A stretch of DNA of 24,000 bases from Candidatus Hodarchaeota archaeon (GTDB lineage: Archaea; Asgardarchaeota; Heimdallarchaeia; Hodarchaeales; Hodarchaeaceae): positions 2,263-26,262 of the forward strand of contig JAEOTY010000021.1 in NCBI GenBank assembly GCA_016839625.1, read 5' to 3'. Positions 23,005-24,000 of this stretch are shown here, in pieces (position 1 is the first letter of the stretch; every line of letters starts with the position of its first letter). A program made the translations under genes and the position numbers. Under the pieces are notes generated by a model. It was given only the letters and a program-made list of their open reading frames with translations. It was not told the origin of the DNA and made no database searches.

Positions 23005-24000
23005 TTAATCAAAAATAATCTCGAATTTCAAGGGGGATGATAAAGTCGGATCAACCACGCGAAAAATAGCCCCTGATGTAAAGATTTTTCCAACTCTCTC
23101 GCTTGTAATCGCTAATTTTTGAGTTTGAAACAGGATTGCCATTTCAGGTCCTAGATTGAATGAATATTGGAGCTGTATAACAAAGTCCTTTAGCTGTTGA
23201 TCACTAGGAGAACGGATTGGAATTGCTTTGAGTTGGTAGCGAGGTGAGCACACAATGCAATCTTCTCGACGTTCAAGAGGAACAGAAGTAAATATTCCCG
23301 CCTTCCCATCCCAAAAAAGATATTCTTTCAAAGGTGGAAGGCCAAGAATGATTTTAAGAGCCTCCTGAACCATTAATCCACCAATAACGAAGGAAACACT
23401 CGATACATAAGGAATGAATTCTTCCTCCTTCTCCTCAGGATGGATTTCTTTTCTTACTTCCCCAAAGGGGGTACAGGCTTTTTGAAGCTCTTCTTCAGGA
23501 ATTAAAGATTGACATTCCAAACAGGGGCTTTTCTGAGGAATAACTACTTGGAGGTTTCCAAGAAAACTATAAATACCTCCAGATACCAATGGAATGTGTG
23601 ATCCAATGGCAAAGGAGTTGATCCAACGTCGTGTTTGGAATGTATCTAAACCATCGAGAATAACTGTCGATGTCTCTAAAGTATGTCTTGGGGCTTTTTC
23701 AATGGGCATGTTCAATTTGTTTATGTGAATTTCGGGGTTTATTTCATGGAGGATCTGAGCAGAAATGTCCACTTTAGCCTTTCCAACATCTGTTGGCCTA
23801 AAAAATAATTGTCTATTCAAATTACTCATTTCAATTGTATCAAAATCAACTAGAATAAGCGTTCCAACTCCTGTCATTGCTAATGAGGCAGCAGCAACCG
23901 TACCCAATGCCCCAAGACCAACTAGTGTTACAGTACTTTGCAGGAGCTTTTCTTGATCCCAATTTTCAATCAACAGTTGGCGATTATACCGATCACTCAT
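23005..24000 (-). CDS. E1-like ubiquitin/Ubl-activating enzyme (ThiF/MoeB/UBA adenylation fold) with a C-terminal extension of about 78 aa
   Basis: The product starts MSDRYNRQLLI...VTLVGLGALGTVAA (GxGxxG) and contains VDFDTIEMSNLNRQ. Two CxxC pairs (C160LEC, C248IVC) form the structural Zn site. A crossover-loop Cys is at KAC176TPFG. The ATG sits exactly at the window edge (23998-24000). An extra C-terminal region spans aa 254-331. Confidence 0.85.
   Translation of the reverse strand: MSDRYNRQLLIENWDQEKLLQSTVTLVGLGALGTVAAASLAMTGVGTLILVDFDTIEMSNLNRQLFFRPTDVGKAKVDISAQILHEINPEIHINKLNMPIEKAPRHTLETSTVILDGLDTFQTRRWINSFAIGSHIPLVSGGIYSFLGNLQVVIPQKSPCLECQSLIPEEELQKACTPFGEVRKEIHPEEKEEEFIPYVSSVSFVIGGLMVQEALKIILGLPPLKEYLFWDGKAGIFTSVPLERREDCIVCSPRYQLKAIPIRSPSDQQLKDFVIQLQYSFNLGPEMAILFQTQKLAITSERVGKIFTSGAIFRVVDPTLSSPLKFEIIFD

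Noticed and set aside
17158-23956. Remaining short antisense track ORFs (17158-17340, 19024-19221, 19133-19333, 21006-21224, 22365-22547, 22417-22626, 23765-23956)
   Set aside because: Each lies fully inside a longer, motif-supported gene on the opposite strand.
1-24000. Search for CRISPR arrays, rRNA genes, transposases/integrases, and terminal inverted or long direct repeats
   Set aside because: I saw no regularly spaced repeats, rRNA-like sequence or recombinase-like ORFs. The ESCRT region looks like native chromosome rather than a mobile island.

Overview
This is a compact, AT-rich archaeal chromosomal window. Archaeal housekeeping genes are present: RadA recombinase, RNA polymerase subunit N, archaeal-type ribosomal protein uS2, family I pyrophosphatase, a PAC2/PbaB-like proteasome chaperone, and an intron-containing tRNA-Gln. 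They flank a near-complete eukaryote-type ESCRT gene set at about 12.0-19.3 kb, almost all on the minus strand. The set comprises ESCRT-I (a UEV plus steadiness-box Vps23/Tsg101-like protein and a Vps28-like protein), ESCRT-II (an EAP30 Vps22/36-like protein and a Vps25-like protein), two ESCRT-III/Snf7 paralogs, and a MIT-AAA Vps4 ATPase. Next to it lie a roadblock-domain/Rab-like small GTPase fusion, a Yip1-like membrane protein and a ThiF-type E1-like ubiquitin-activating enzyme. This combination is the signature of Asgard (Loki-like) archaea. Inside the cluster, a divergently transcribed 445-aa protein is the least explained component and the best candidate for a missing ESCRT-I/II adaptor. 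It has an 8-Cys RING-like zinc finger, a PH/GRAM(GLUE)-like middle region, and a coiled coil ending in a steadiness-box-like motif. The left third of the window holds accessory or decaying genes. These are a large secreted subtilase homolog with all catalytic residues replaced, a TPR protein split by one in-frame TAA, a PLP-decarboxylase pseudogene with three lesions, and a start-less Cys-rich ORF. I found no CRISPR array, rRNA, transposase or integrase. All assignments rest on reading translated motifs by eye; no database search was possible.
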